A DNA stretch of 64,000 nt, taken from the NCBI GenBank assembly GCA_001724265.1, contig MEDY01000132.1, positions 1 through 64,000 of the forward strand, given 5' to 3'. The DNA is from Rhizaria sp. SCN 62-66 (taxonomy: Eukaryota). Shown here piece after piece: positions 24,141 through 36,236 of the stretch; position 1 is the first letter of the stretch, and each line of letters starts with the position of its first letter. The notes under the pieces are model-generated. The model ran no database searches. It saw only the letters and a program-made list of their open reading frames with translations, and was not told the DNA's origin. The position numbers and the translations under genes are program-made.

Positions 24141-25471
24141 GTGTGTTGGACGGGGTAGACGGCGTTACCGAGAAAAACAACGTAACTGGGAGGTGGGCGT
24201 GTGTGTGTTAGAAACTATACAGAACAGAGAGTGTTTGAGCAAGTTGTGTCGGCTTACTCAAAGGACTTACGGGGGTGGGTGGGAAACAAGAGTTGTTAAA
24301 AAACAAAAACGAACGAAACGGAACGGAGCAGTGGTCTGAAGAGCAAGCTAGTGCTTTGCTCGAGAGCGGGTTTGTGTGGGGGGTTCAGTGGAGGGCCTGT
24401 GAGAGTGGAGTTGTGGGGCGTGAGTTGAGCAGCAAGACTGGTCGAACTAACGGGCTTTGAAGGTGCTTTGGGGGGCGGGGAGGGCTTGTGTGCGCTTGGG
24501 GCAGAGTCTTTCGCTTTGTGGCTTCTCAAGTGAAAGCGGAAAAAAAAGCGAACGAGAAATGATGTGCAGAACCAAAGAAGAGAGCGGAGTGGCGGTGTCC
24601 AGAGAAAAGGGCAGAGTAAAGGGCACAAGATGTGGGGGCGAAGAGTAGTCACAAGAGTTTGTTGGAATGAGATGAAGATCGAGTGTGCAAGAAAAAAAGT
24701 GTGATAATAAGGTACAATGCAACAAAAAGTCCCGTAATTTGGAGCGATGCGTCTTAGGATGGCCGATAGAGCGCGCAGGCATGGTGGGGAAGCGATGACG
24801 TCCTCGGTGGATTGCAAGGTGGCTTGGATGACAAGAAGCGAGCGGCCGCAATAGGTGTTTTCATCGCGTCATAGCCACTATTTTTTAAATCCCACTTAAT
24901 ACATACTTCAGTAAAACCCAGACGACAAACTAGATCACAAACGAACGCGTATCTCTCGCACACGATTCCCTCTTAGATTTGCTCCTCACACACTGGTGGC
25001 CAGTCTACTCGGGTTCGCCACTCTCAAAGAGCAAGCGGCGGTCGGTCGGTCGATTGTGGTTGGCTGAACTAAAACTAAGCCGTGGGCGCATGTCACCACA
25101 ATTCGATTTCAAGGTGGTTCGTGCTGACAGCCAGAATTGGGTCTGCGAGTCGAGTGTATATCTCCGGGGTCTCATCGTCAAAGTGCATTTTAATGAATTA
25201 TCCTGTTTTCATACGTATTTTATATCTTATATCTGAATTTATGTGTCTTAACCTAGCGATTATCCCGTTCATACCTTCACAGGAGTCAACCTTACTTGCA
25301 CACAGTTTCTCCTATCTCTCGAAGCCTACATTCCCAAGAGGACATCACATCACAGTTGACATAAGTTGGGCTGAAACTGAGCACACACAATTAACAAGTT
25401 GTATTCCATTGCATATCCGGTTTTCTTAACAGTAGGACTTGGTCTTGTGAAGCTATCATTTGTAGAGGGTT
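24141..25471. promoter_or_regulatory. Divergent promoter region between DDX6 (-) and MINPP1-like (+)
   Basis: Head-to-head gene arrangement; the strand upstream of DDX6 is pyrimidine-rich. No specific elements can be assigned. Confidence 0.4.
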
Positions 25472-28400
25472 ATGAATCGCGATGCTGATTCAGCTTATAC
25501 CAGAGCCCTGCCGCATCGACTGCAGCCCCAGACACGAGTGCTACGCATTATCACAGTGATCACAGCTGTTATACTCGCTGTAGCTATTCTGTCAAGCGCG
25601 TTTGTGCTGTTGAAGCTTGACCCCAGCTCGTTATCAGCACTCTCGCTCTACTCCGTGGTATCTCTTGCCGCCACCACGAACACAAACTCAAGCAGCAGTG
25701 ACGGCAAAAGCCACACACACAGCGGTAACAGCAACGACCCTGGCAACAATGACGGCCACAGTGCGGCGCTTATTAGTACGGCTGAGACTGGGGCAAAGAC
25801 TGTGACCGCGACCGCATTAACTGAGACGAAGACGGAGACAGAGACAACGACAACAGATACTGTGACTCTAGCACAATTACTCCCTGTCTTATCGAATGCT
25901 AACGCTCTGCCGCTACTGCAGACCATGTCACCACACAGAAAACGTGTCACTACTAGTCCGGACGGCAACAAAGCTGGCAGTGACCATTTGGTTGTTTATG
26001 ACTCATTTCTGTCTCATTTAGCGACAAAAACGCCGTACCGTAATCGTATTCCTCTCTTCAACTCTCAGCAGCAGCGACAGCAGCAACAGCGGCGGCGCAA
26101 ACAAGATCTCACACCGCACGATACCGCGACTCCTGGCGGCAAGGTTACGAGTACTGCGGGGCACAGCAACGACGTGCATGCGGAACCTGTGGTGACTTTA
26201 GGCCAATGCAGGCCAGTACACGTGGAGGTGGTGGCGCGGCATGGTACGCGACACATCTCGAAGCCAAAAGCGGTGCAAAGTCTGCGCGACACGGTCGCCA
26301 AAGCCATGGAAGTTAAGCCGCCTAAAGGGGATGAGAAAGCTAAGCCGCGCTTCGCTCATCTCTGCGCACAGGTGAAACTGAAACCACAGCAGGGAGCTGA
26401 TGCGATTGTTTTGAGTGACAAAGAGAAGCAACATGCGAAGAATCGGCAGCAGCGGCTTCAGCGGTACTGTGATACACTTGATGCAAGCAAGAACAAGAGT
26501 AACGATAATGACAATGACGATGACGAGAGTGATGATGACGAAGATAGCGATTATAACGACGAAGACATTGATGGCAGTCACGGCATCGCTTCAAAGACTG
26601 CTACCAACGGCTTAACTTTGAGCGATCGTGTGACGGACGCGGCTTCACTTTTCGACAAGTTCAAGGCATCCACTGTCGGCTTGCTCGCACCCGAAGGTGT
26701 GCGTGAGTTACACTCAATCGGCAAGCGGCTTATATTCGATCTCCCAACGCTTTTTACTCCATCATTACTCCTCTCCGCTCACAACGCAAGTGGCCTCAAT
26801 CTAAGCGTCCCCGTGAGTGTAAGTGTCGCGACAACGTTCAAGCAACGCACTGCCCAGTCACGCGACGCGTTTCTCGCCGGAATGTGCCACGGTGCCAACG
26901 TAACCCATGCCCAATCAGCAACGCGTGATGCCGTCACGAGTAACCACGGTGACTGTGCGTCGCTGTTGTCTGTGACAGCTGTCCCGGCGTTCACTGAGAC
27001 GTGCACTCACACGCACCACCCTCTGCCTGGCGGCCTAACTTCCCAAAGCGACGGCTTAACTTCGCGTGACAATGAGAAGTGCGCCTGGCACAACTCAAAG
27101 CTCCGGTTCTACGACCACTGCCCTCGGTATAAGCTGTATGACCAAAGTGCAGCGGTGCCGTTTGGCCGGGAGCGCAATGAACTCATCGCAAAGTACTTTG
27201 GCTCTGAAAACAGCGCGGGAGCAGCAGTGCTGCGAAGGGTGTTTAGCAAGAAGGCACTGCGTAAACTTATTGATAAGGCTGCTGCAAAACGCTATGATGA
27301 CTATATGAGCCGGTTTTGCGCCGGTCATGAGGCTGATGATAGCGAGGACAGTGACAACGCCGATGACTTCGATGACGACGAAAGCAACGACGACAACGAG
27401 GACGCCGGCGGCAATGACAGCAATGATAACGGTGATGGCGATGACGATGGGGACTATATCACCGTTTCGAATACGCGTAGCGACATGAAATTCGCTGCCA
27501 TGCGATTTCAAGACACTCTCGATACCGCGGCCCATGCCAACCAGTACCCTCTGCGTGGCGGCCACAAGTGCGGCACACACAAGCTTCACCGGCGGCTCAA
27601 CTTTCTGTCGCGCGCGCAAGCAAGGATGAAACTGCTGGAAACGATGTGGAAAGTATGTGCTGTTGAAGCTACTGCACAAGAGACATCACCACAAACTGCG
27701 AGGGCTGCGACTATGACAAGTGAGAATAGTTTGGTGACAGTATGGCAGCTGCAGCAGCAGGCGCAGTCTCCGCGGCGTTCAGCGCCTGCTTTGTGGTGCA
27801 CTGCATTCATTGACACTGCAAGCGAGTGCAAAGCCGTGGAGTCGAAGGATGGTTACGCGTATCAAGCGTTTTATGGCAACAAGCACCCACTGTTGTCATC
27901 TCGCAGAGAAGGCACTTTAACTGATCGTGGACCTGTTGGTCGTAAGAATGATGGTAACCGCAGGGATCTTGTTTCGTCGTGTCCTGGTTTAGTGACACGG
28001 CACCAACTTGAATACTTCCAAGATTTGGCTTCGTACACCCATAAGGGACCTTTGTTTGCGTCTGCGTTTGCGCATTCGTGTCCTCTTGTCACTACAATGC
28101 TTTCTGATGCTGACAATGCAGTGAGTGCGGTTGCTGCAACGACGCGGCTTGACTTTGAGCAGAGTGGCGGTCGACTTAACTACCCGGCGGCACGGCTTGA
28201 CTTTGCGCATGCAGAGACGATTATGCCGCTGTTGTCGCTCTTAGGCATCCAAAGCACCGATGTTCCGCTCCTCACGAGTCCTGACACGAGTACTGATAAT
28301 AGCCATCATGCGTTCCCTGTCGCTGTCGATGGAGGCATGGCGCATGGTCATTCGTCAGCAAGGCTTAACCTAAAGTTGCCCTTTAACCCACCATTTATGT

Positions 28401-29503
28401 CAAATTCGACACAAAATGACGACTCTGAATTCGAGCACGACCTTGAATCGGACGCAGGCACTGCTAGTGACGGCAACGACAATCGCGAGGTTGTTGTCGT
28501 CAGTGGTGACAGCTCGATATTCCCGCTGTACCCGCGATCGCTGTCACAGCAACACGGCAAGCTTTTGACTGCTGTCACTGACGCCGTCAAAGCAAAGTCG
28601 CTTGCCAATCTGCGTGCGTACATTAAAAACGTGAATAAGCACTCCAAGAAGAAGCTGCTTGTGAGTAGTGATAGCGCGAGCTTTGACTTGGCTAAAAAGC
28701 CTTTGTTTGACGCTGATGATGCCAACGACGGGGCCAGTATTCCTAAGCCACCCGTAGACTGCCGCGGTGATCTAAGTGCTCCGAGCGATCTAAGTACCCC
28801 TGGCGCGGATGTTAGTTGCCCGCCTCCGACTGCGCCGGCTGATACCCACATTGCTCTTGTCGAGCTAGCATCCGGTGTCAATGGTAGTGGCAGTAAAGCT
28901 GTCAATTCTCACAACAACGCACTTAGGACTGCTGGCCTTCATCAGTCTATGACAGAGACAAGCTCTAATGCAAACAGTAACAGCGTCAAGAGCAGCAGCG
29001 ATGCTGGCAGTAGTGTCGGCAGTGCTTTTGTCGGCCGTCAGTGGCGCATGGCATCAGCGGTACCCATGGCTGCCAACCTTCGATTCACCACTTACATCTG
29101 CGATGGCGCCTTAGACGCGGAGGGGAAACCGACAGACAGCGTCAAAGACGCTGCTTATATTCAGCTGCAGCTGAATGAAGAAGTGCTCGAGTGGACGAAA
29201 GAGCTTTTAACTCCGCATGAGCAAGCGCAGTGTGGCCTCGGCTGGCAGTATCATCATGACAAGAACCTTAACACAAGCAATAACAATAACAGCAACAGCA
29301 GTCGCGCTGGCAGCAAGAGTAACGCTGACACTGGTGATGCAAGTAGCCTTGCTGTGAATAGTCGTAAAACAGTGCCTGGTTTGTGCCCGTTATCCGTCGT
29401 GCGTACTGCACTGCAGAGGCGGCTTGACTTTTTGGGCGTTGGCGACTGCAGTCAGACGGCATGGGACGACCACTGCGCCTATGGTGCATCAGTCCTCGAG
29501 TAA
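25472..29503 (+). CDS. MINPP1: MINPP1-like histidine acid phosphatase / phytase with N-terminal membrane anchor, 1343 aa, intronless
   Basis: VVARHGTRH (RHGxR, ~26237), LRFYDHC, FAHAETIMPLLSLLGI (HAE proton-donor motif, ~28208), WRMASAVPMAANLRF..C, QLNE, LCPL. Hydrophobic segment near the N-terminus. Confidence 0.85.
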   Translation: MNRDADSAYTRALPHRLQPQTRVLRIITVITAVILAVAILSSAFVLLKLDPSSLSALSLYSVVSLAATTNTNSSSSDGKSHTHSGNSNDPGNNDGHSAALISTAETGAKTVTATALTETKTETETTTTDTVTLAQLLPVLSNANALPLLQTMSPHRKRVTTSPDGNKAGSDHLVVYDSFLSHLATKTPYRNRIPLFNSQQQRQQQQRRRKQDLTPHDTATPGGKVTSTAGHSNDVHAEPVVTLGQCRPVHVEVVARHGTRHISKPKAVQSLRDTVAKAMEVKPPKGDEKAKPRFAHLCAQVKLKPQQGADAIVLSDKEKQHAKNRQQRLQRYCDTLDASKNKSNDNDNDDDESDDDEDSDYNDEDIDGSHGIASKTATNGLTLSDRVTDAASLFDKFKASTVGLLAPEGVRELHSIGKRLIFDLPTLFTPSLLLSAHNASGLNLSVPVSVSVATTFKQRTAQSRDAFLAGMCHGANVTHAQSATRDAVTSNHGDCASLLSVTAVPAFTETCTHTHHPLPGGLTSQSDGLTSRDNEKCAWHNSKLRFYDHCPRYKLYDQSAAVPFGRERNELIAKYFGSENSAGAAVLRRVFSKKALRKLIDKAAAKRYDDYMSRFCAGHEADDSEDSDNADDFDDDESNDDNEDAGGNDSNDNGDGDDDGDYITVSNTRSDMKFAAMRFQDTLDTAAHANQYPLRGGHKCGTHKLHRRLNFLSRAQARMKLLETMWKVCAVEATAQETSPQTARAATMTSENSLVTVWQLQQQAQSPRRSAPALWCTAFIDTASECKAVESKDGYAYQAFYGNKHPLLSSRREGTLTDRGPVGRKNDGNRRDLVSSCPGLVTRHQLEYFQDLASYTHKGPLFASAFAHSCPLVTTMLSDADNAVSAVAATTRLDFEQSGGRLNYPAARLDFAHAETIMPLLSLLGIQSTDVPLLTSPDTSTDNSHHAFPVAVDGGMAHGHSSARLNLKLPFNPPFMSNSTQNDDSEFEHDLESDAGTASDGNDNREVVVVSGDSSIFPLYPRSLSQQHGKLLTAVTDAVKAKSLANLRAYIKNVNKHSKKKLLVSSDSASFDLAKKPLFDADDANDGASIPKPPVDCRGDLSAPSDLSTPGADVSCPPPTAPADTHIALVELASGVNGSGSKAVNSHNNALRTAGLHQSMTETSSNANSNSVKSSSDAGSSVGSAFVGRQWRMASAVPMAANLRFTTYICDGALDAEGKPTDSVKDAAYIQLQLNEEVLEWTKELLTPHEQAQCGLGWQYHHDKNLNTSNNNNSNSSRAGSKSNADTGDASSLAVNSRKTVPGLCPLSVVRTALQRRLDFLGVGDCSQTAWDDHCAYGASVLE

Positions 29504-30006
29504 CGATAACAAACACCGCGCTCTTCGGATCGCTTGTAGAGCAGTGAAACGGCTGTTTTAAGTCCGGTCACACAGATTTGTGGTTTGAATGAGAATCGAT
29601 GTTATACCTAGAGATTTTAGAAGCGAATACAGAAATAAAACATAAAATACGACGAATATTGCCGGTTGTAAAAAGAGATAATCACATTTACCAAGTACAG
29701 TCGGTATTCTTAGTTTCTCGATTGTACTAACCACAAATAGTTTGCAAATATCTGTTTTTCAAAATTCTGTTTTATAATTATGAACTTTTCAACAAATAGC
29801 CCACAAACCGATGATATTAAAAGAAAAAACATACATTCTACAAGATATTCAAATTTTAATTGGAATGAACACGGTTAAGCACCGCACAGAGTCTTCAATC
29901 TTCTTTGTATCTTTGTATTCAGTTAAGCTTATCGCCCATCATGCCAACCACTAAACTTCCATTGCAAACACTTCAATCTATTTCGCAAGCGCCTTTCCGA
30001 GCTTGC

Positions 30007-31260
30007 TTACTCGCGCGGGAGCTTCGCGTACGCAGCCATCGAGTTGATCCCGCAGAGCCCGTCGCCGTAAGCGAGCCGCATGTGCCCTTCCTCACCCCAC
30101 GCCTTGCCCCACGACTGGCGCAGTGTGAAATACCGGCCTAAATCCGCAGCCGCAGCCTCCGTGATGTCATATCCGATAACGGCGAGCGCGGCGTTGGGCT
30201 CGGAGTCGCAGGGTCCGTTGAAGACGCCTCCGGTGTAGAACTGCATATCAGCGGGCAGGTGCATGCCGACGGCGACGACACCGTTGTAGACGATGGCCAT
30301 GAGTGCCTCGTCGGTGGCGTTGGCGGGCGCGATATACTCGGCCATAACGCCTGCGGGCGGGGAACACTTGGACTCGTAGCAGTCGCCGCGCGTGGCCTTA
30401 TAGGGGTACGTCGCCTCGTCGCAGATGCCGTTAGCGATGGCGTATTCGAACGTGCTGTCGATGAAGCCGCCGCTGCAACCAGCGTTGCCGTAAATCTCGG
30501 AGCAGTCGACGACTTGCTGCGTGGACAGCGAGGGGAGCTGGCCCTTAGTGATGTAAGTGGCCGCCTCGAGGCTCGCCATGGTCGCGAACGCGTAGCTTGC
30601 GGAGCAAGTAGACATGTCACGGACGGGGTTCAAAGCACCGACGAGACGCCAATCCTTGATCGCACCGGGAGGGTCGTCCTTGAGGTCACTAGCGGCGGCG
30701 GCGGCGTCGGTGAGATAGGAAGGGAGAGTGTTGGTGGTGCTGATGGTGGCGCCGACGCCCTTGGGCATCAGACGCGTGCTCTTGCGCTCAGAAGAATCAG
30801 CGTTGACATTAGAGTTCATCTTAGCGAGGGCAACGATATCGCTCTCAGAGAGGTCAAACCCAGGAATATTGCTAAACGAGGACGACAACGACTGGGACGC
30901 GCTTTTGGCGGCGGCATTGGTGTTGTCCTTGCGGAAGCGCGGACGCGCGAGAGGCTGGTCGAGGCGGTACATCTGCGCGAACTCGGCGGGGGAGAGATCC
31001 GCGAAGGAGTTGATGCCGAGAGTGTACGTGGGGCGGGGAACGCGGCTGTTGTGCGCGACAATGCGCGCAAAGTTAGCCTTAAAGGTGTTGAAGCGGGACA
31101 GAACCTGGGCAGACGGGTAGGTCTTGCTGTGGGCGGAGACAAAGCGGGTGAAGAGGAGCTCAAGCTGCTCGTCCGTCACGGTCGGGGGCGCGGCCGTGGC
31201 GGAAATGGTGTGAACGCACACGAGGGCGATAGCGACAAGGAATGCGGCAATGAACTTCAT
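30007..31260 (-). CDS. Secreted papain-family (C1A, cathepsin L-like) pseudoprotease with I29 prodomain, 417 aa
   Basis: Signal peptide MKFIAAFLVAIALVC; I29-like RFNTFKANFARIVAHN and GINSFADLS; mature DWR, SLSTQQVVDCS, GCSGG, YPY, SWGKAWGEEGH, CGI. Catalytic C, H and N positions read S, A and Q. Confidence 0.9.
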   Translation of the reverse strand: MKFIAAFLVAIALVCVHTISATAAPPTVTDEQLELLFTRFVSAHSKTYPSAQVLSRFNTFKANFARIVAHNSRVPRPTYTLGINSFADLSPAEFAQMYRLDQPLARPRFRKDNTNAAAKSASQSLSSSFSNIPGFDLSESDIVALAKMNSNVNADSSERKSTRLMPKGVGATISTTNTLPSYLTDAAAAASDLKDDPPGAIKDWRLVGALNPVRDMSTCSASYAFATMASLEAATYITKGQLPSLSTQQVVDCSEIYGNAGCSGGFIDSTFEYAIANGICDEATYPYKATRGDCYESKCSPPAGVMAEYIAPANATDEALMAIVYNGVVAVGMHLPADMQFYTGGVFNGPCDSEPNAALAVIGYDITEAAAADLGRYFTLRQSWGKAWGEEGHMRLAYGDGLCGINSMAAYAKLPRE

Positions 31261-32500
31261 TCCCAGAATCACTAGACAGAGCATGCAGTCAGAGTTTGAG
31301 TGCGGAAAGGCGAGGGAATGAGGCAGGGCGCGATAGGAAAGGGTAAGGTTGCGAGTGGGTTGACGTGGGTGAGGAGGGGGATTTTAAAAGCGGCTGTACA
31401 GCTACAAATACAAGTTTTTAGGACGTTACATTTTAAATTAGAATTCAATATAGAATTTAAACCATAGGTTGTGGTCGGAATCTGGATCTACAGACGAATG
31501 ACCGAAATATGAAGGTGCTCTTTTGAGACTTCATGGTTCGGTGATGCAATAGACAGTTGTGCCTGCAGTTGCACTTTATGAGAGGCTAGCCAACGTATAT
31601 CGACCACAGTACTTTGTTTGTCACGCGGCACAGCTTGAGATACTAATTAATTTTGCACAACACGCGTGGTTTTTCTTATAACTATGATATTGTGCTGTAT
31701 TCGCTGGCTTTGATAGAGTCCCAGTGGCTTGCTTCGATAAGACGCGAGCATGTTGACTTTAAGGACGCGCCTGAGACGTTTGACCAAGGCTGTTCAACAA
31801 AAAACTCAACCACAGACTTGCAAACCCAGCATAGAGCCACCTGCCGCACTGGTATCATCTATGAGCGTCCATGTGTTGCTCTAGGCAACGGGAAGTGAGT
31901 CCGTTAGTTAGCGTGGAAAAACCGTGCAAGGCGGCTACTAATATAAGGAAAAACGCGACAGTAACAGACTTCTACAGGAGTATGCGCAACAATACTCATA
32001 CTATTGTAGCTACACTATGATATAAAAGAAGAGCTCCGAGTGAGCCCTCGATTATATAGCGCTAGCCCTCAATGTTTGGCATGCAAGCCATAGAGCATCC
32101 GCAGACTCAACATCACAAAACCAGGGCTTAGACAAGCTAAAGAAGTCCCTGAGGCGAAGGCATTTTAAAGGAATACACATACACAAATTAGAACAATCAT
32201 AACAGAAGCTTGACGCTTCTGCCCAATACCTATCTTCTGAACTCATTTATCCTTTGGTTGTTTCACGCTCCCTCTTATCTGCTCTGGGCGGTCGAGCCTC
32301 GGTCAGTCCGCAAAGAAGCCTTTCGGCAAACGCATTACACGCCTGAATTTGAACGTAAGATCCTTATAAGACACTCTACCAGAGTATTGTGACAACAAAT
32401 CTACACATGTACTAAATTAAACTCCACAAATAGCTGATACGCTCTCTATGCATTCCCTCACGTGTTTTGCGCCTGCGCCCCCCCAGAACCCAGCGATACG

Positions 32501-35500
32501 ATGGGCAAGAAGGTCACCGCCCGGTCCACCGTCTCGCGCGCCCCTACGGCCTCGGCGTCCTCCGCAGGCGCCGGCTCTTCTCCCGCCGCGTCCTCGGGCT
32601 CCGATGCCGTCACGCGCCTGCTGACGTCCCCGAACCACAACCACCGCATCGACGGCTGCAACGCCATCGCGGGCTCCGTTTCCGCGGAACACATCCCCGT
32701 GCTCCAGTCCACGGGCGCACTGCAGCTGATGGTGAAGCTGCTCGAGGACAAGATGGTGCCCGTCGCCATCGCCGCCGCGGGCGCGCTGCGCAACGTGTGC
32801 GTCGAGGGCGGCGCCGCGGCGGGCCGCTTGCTGTCGTCTCACAAGGCCACCGCGTCGCTGCTGTCGCTACTCACTTTGCTCGACGCCGCGTTCGCCGCCA
32901 CGGTCAATGAGAAGGGCCGCCTTGTGCCCGCCGACGCCGCTGCGCCGCTGCACTGGTATGCGATCACCCCGGCGCAGGCATCGTCGCTTTTCACGCAGGT
33001 CATCACGCTTTTCACTAGCCTCTGCGAGGTCGCTCCGTCCGCCTCCGACGAGTTCACCCTCGCCCAGGTACGCTTTCATGCATATATCTCCGCAGAATCA
33101 AGGATTTATAGGGATATATTATATTTCCGACTAGTTGGTCATATTTTCTTTCTATGTTTTAAGTTATTTTTCCTAAGGCTGACATCTTGTGCTTCTATTG
33201 TTTCATCCTTTTACTACTACTCGTAGGCCACCTCGAACGGTGCCCACCTGACCTTCATCCTCTCCCGCTGCGCCTGCGTGCTTCCCCCCGCCGACGGTGC
33301 CGCTCCCGCCCCTGCCTTTACGGCCGACGAGGCGACCGCGGCTATAGACGCGCTGTCTTTCCTCCGCGCGGCGACCGTGGGCAACCCCGTCCTGAGCAAC
33401 GCGCTGGCCTCGCAGCCCACAGTCATGTCCGCGCTGCTGGCCACCGCGCACGGGCTCCCGGGCGCCATGGAGTCACTTAACGCCGACCTGTACACGCCCG
33501 CGCTGGCGGCGATCCGCGACAACGTCACCAAGCAGCTCCGCAAGAAGGAGGGCGCGTTCACTGGCGCTTGCACGCTCGCTCAGCCCACCCCGCTGCCCGC
33601 CTCCGCCGCCGCCGTCGCCGCGGCCGTGGTCGTCAATGTCGCCGCGTCGCTGCTCGACGGCCCCGCCGCGGCGGCCGCGCCCGCGGAGCTGCTGTGCTCC
33701 TGGCTGCAGCCCGCCGCGGCGTCGCTCGTGGCCATCATCTCCACGTTTGACGTTAACGCCAACGTCGCGCACTTGACCCGGGCGATGGCGCGCCTGCAGG
33801 AGCTGCTGCCGGCCGCGCAGTCGGGCGCGTTGGTTGCCATGGCCGACGCTGGTACGCCGTTTGCTGTCGGGGACGCTGCGCTGGATGCGAGTGATCCTGC
33901 GACTGCCGCCGCAGCCGCCGCGGCTGCCGCTGCCGAGGTATGTATAGTCTCTTATCCTTATCGCATTAGATCTTCACGCCATGGAATTCATTCAAGATTT
34001 CAAAGAAGTATTTCGATGTATTTTTTTCTTTAAAAAAATATCTAATTTAGCTTTTCTTTTCTGACAATATCCTATTGTATTCTTGTATTATAGGCCGCGC
34101 AAGAGGAGGCCGAGGCCGAGGCGGCCATCGCCCTGCTGGGCAACGACACCGCGCCCATGCCCGACTCCGCCGCCGCGTCGACCCCGGCCGACGCCGCCGC
34201 CGCCGCCGAGGCCGCGCGCGCCGCCGGGTTCAGTCTGGAAGAGCTTGAGCACCTCGAGCAGAGCCAGCAGCAGCACCACGACGGCGGTCACGGTCACAAC
34301 GGTCCTGTGAGCAAGGATCTCCCGCTGGATATGATGTGGAGCTCGGCCTGCTCGTCGCTGGTGCGTCAGTTCGCTGCCGCCGCGAGCGCCGTCCGCAGCG
34401 CCGTTGACGCCCTCGCCACTCTGCTGTCGCTGGTTCCTCACGCCGAGCAGATGGCGGCGACCAAGCCCAGCCTCGCTCCCACCGCGGCCGCCAAGGCCAT
34501 CTACGCCCTCGTCTCGGCGCTGTATTCGACCCCCGTGCAGGCCGTGAGCTCGGGCGTGGTTTCTACGAGCAGCGTCGTTGCCGTGACGGGCTCGCTCTGC
34601 GCGCTCCGCGTGTTGCCGTCGACCGCCTTCGCGCCCGACGCCGCTGCGGCCGCCACGGCCGCGCACGGCCACGCGCACTCGCTGCTCACGTGTATCTCCG
34701 CCGAGGCCATGACGGCACTGCTGGCTGTGGCCTCGCGTCACGCTTTGCACCAGCTGGGCGAGGTCTGCGACGTCCTCCGCACGCAGGCCGCGGTGAACAT
34801 GCTCTCGGCGGCGCTGTTCCTGCCGTCTGCCGTGTTCGGCGACAGCGACGAGGCCGTCGTGCTTGCGGTCACCCCGCTCATCGCGTCCCTGGGCGCCGTG
34901 CTGCTCTCGCATGACTCCGCGCCTCTGCTCACTCTGGCGACACCCGCCGAGGCCGCCGCCAAGGCCGCCGCGGCGTCGCTGGCGCCCGCCGCGGCCGAGC
35001 CCGCCGTCGCGTACGGCGCGACGACGGCCGAGGAGGCCGAGGCCGTCACGGGCGCGCTGCTGCACCTGCTCAAGCGGCCAGAGTACAAGCGTCTCCACGA
35101 CGCCGCGTGGACGCAGCTTCACGCTGCCGCCAAGGCTCCGGGCGCGGCGACCGCTGCGGCGGCGGCGGAGGCGGGATGCCCGCTGGTGGCCGCGTCCCTG
35201 CAGGCTGAGCCCGCTCTGCTGACGCTGCTGGCGAGCATCCTCACGGCCCCCAAGCTCAGCTGCGTCACCAGCGACCTGCGCACCCACTGCGCCGGCGCGC
35301 TCGCTGTGTATGCGACGTCCCCGGCGGCGGGCGGCGAGACGGTTGCGGGCGTGACGACCGCTATGCTTGCGGGGCTAAGTCTGGCCGCCGCGTCGCACAG
35401 TCAAGCCGCGACGCTGGCGGTGAGCGCGATGGATCTGGAGCTGGTGCACGAGATCGTCATGGGGCTGATCGACATGTACAGCGAAGATGACCGCTACGTG

Positions 35501-35728
35501 GAGGAATACAAGGCCGGCAACGTGACACGCACGCTTGCGCTGTTCGCGCCAGTCTATGCGACGGCTCTCAAGGATCTCAAGAAGAGGGTTGTGGAAGTCA
35601 ACAAGCGGCGCAATGCTGCCGGCGGCAGTGAGGAAGCCGCGGCGGCGGCGGCGCTGGTCGAGAAGACGGCCGAGGGCGTTGAAAACGTGCAGGGATTCGT
35701 CGGATACAAGAAGTCCATGAAGCTGTGA
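32501..35728 (+). CDS. HEATR3: HEATR3/Syo1-like ARM/HEAT repeat protein (970 aa); exons 32501-33067, 33227-33937, 34094-35728
   Basis: MGKK N-terminus, AAAGALRNVCVEGG, C-terminal GLIDMYSED and ENVQGFVGYKK resemble HEATR3/Syo1 motifs. Two phase-0 introns (GTACGC..TAG, GTATGT..TAG). Stop TGA. Confidence 0.75.
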
Positions 35729-36236
35729 GCTCTCATCGTAGTCAAAACCACAATCACATCTGTATACGTAGCATGTGGGTGACGCCGAGAACTTGCGGTG
35801 GACGACGGATGTATGAGCTAGGGCCAGTCAGGGACTAGTTAAGTATTGTCAAAAGTCACTTTTTATAAGAATAATGAGTAGTTGTGTTTAATTCACGCTG
35901 TCGTTACCAATACAGAGACAAATCGTTAATGTCGTAACAATTCACACATTTTTCGACCTGCAGAGAAGCAGGTGTTGTTTGGTTGCTATAGAGTTCGCGC
36001 CACATAATTAAATTTGTTTCAATAAAAGGAAACTGTATTCTTGTTTATAATATCTACGTAATAAAGTGACCTCGCTTTGATGCAACCAAAGCAAGTCTAA
36101 GTAACGATTGTAACACACAGCAATTCTCTGCGTGCGTTATAGACTATATATCTTACTAAATTAAGAGCAATGCAGATATTTGCGCACCGTTCTTGCGGTC
36201 ATTGCAATGTGCGTTGTATATTTACTCTTTGCACAG

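Noticed and set aside
30007-31260. Calling the papain-like gene a pseudogene
   Set aside because: ORF, signal peptide and fold motifs are intact; the striking changes are at the catalytic residues.
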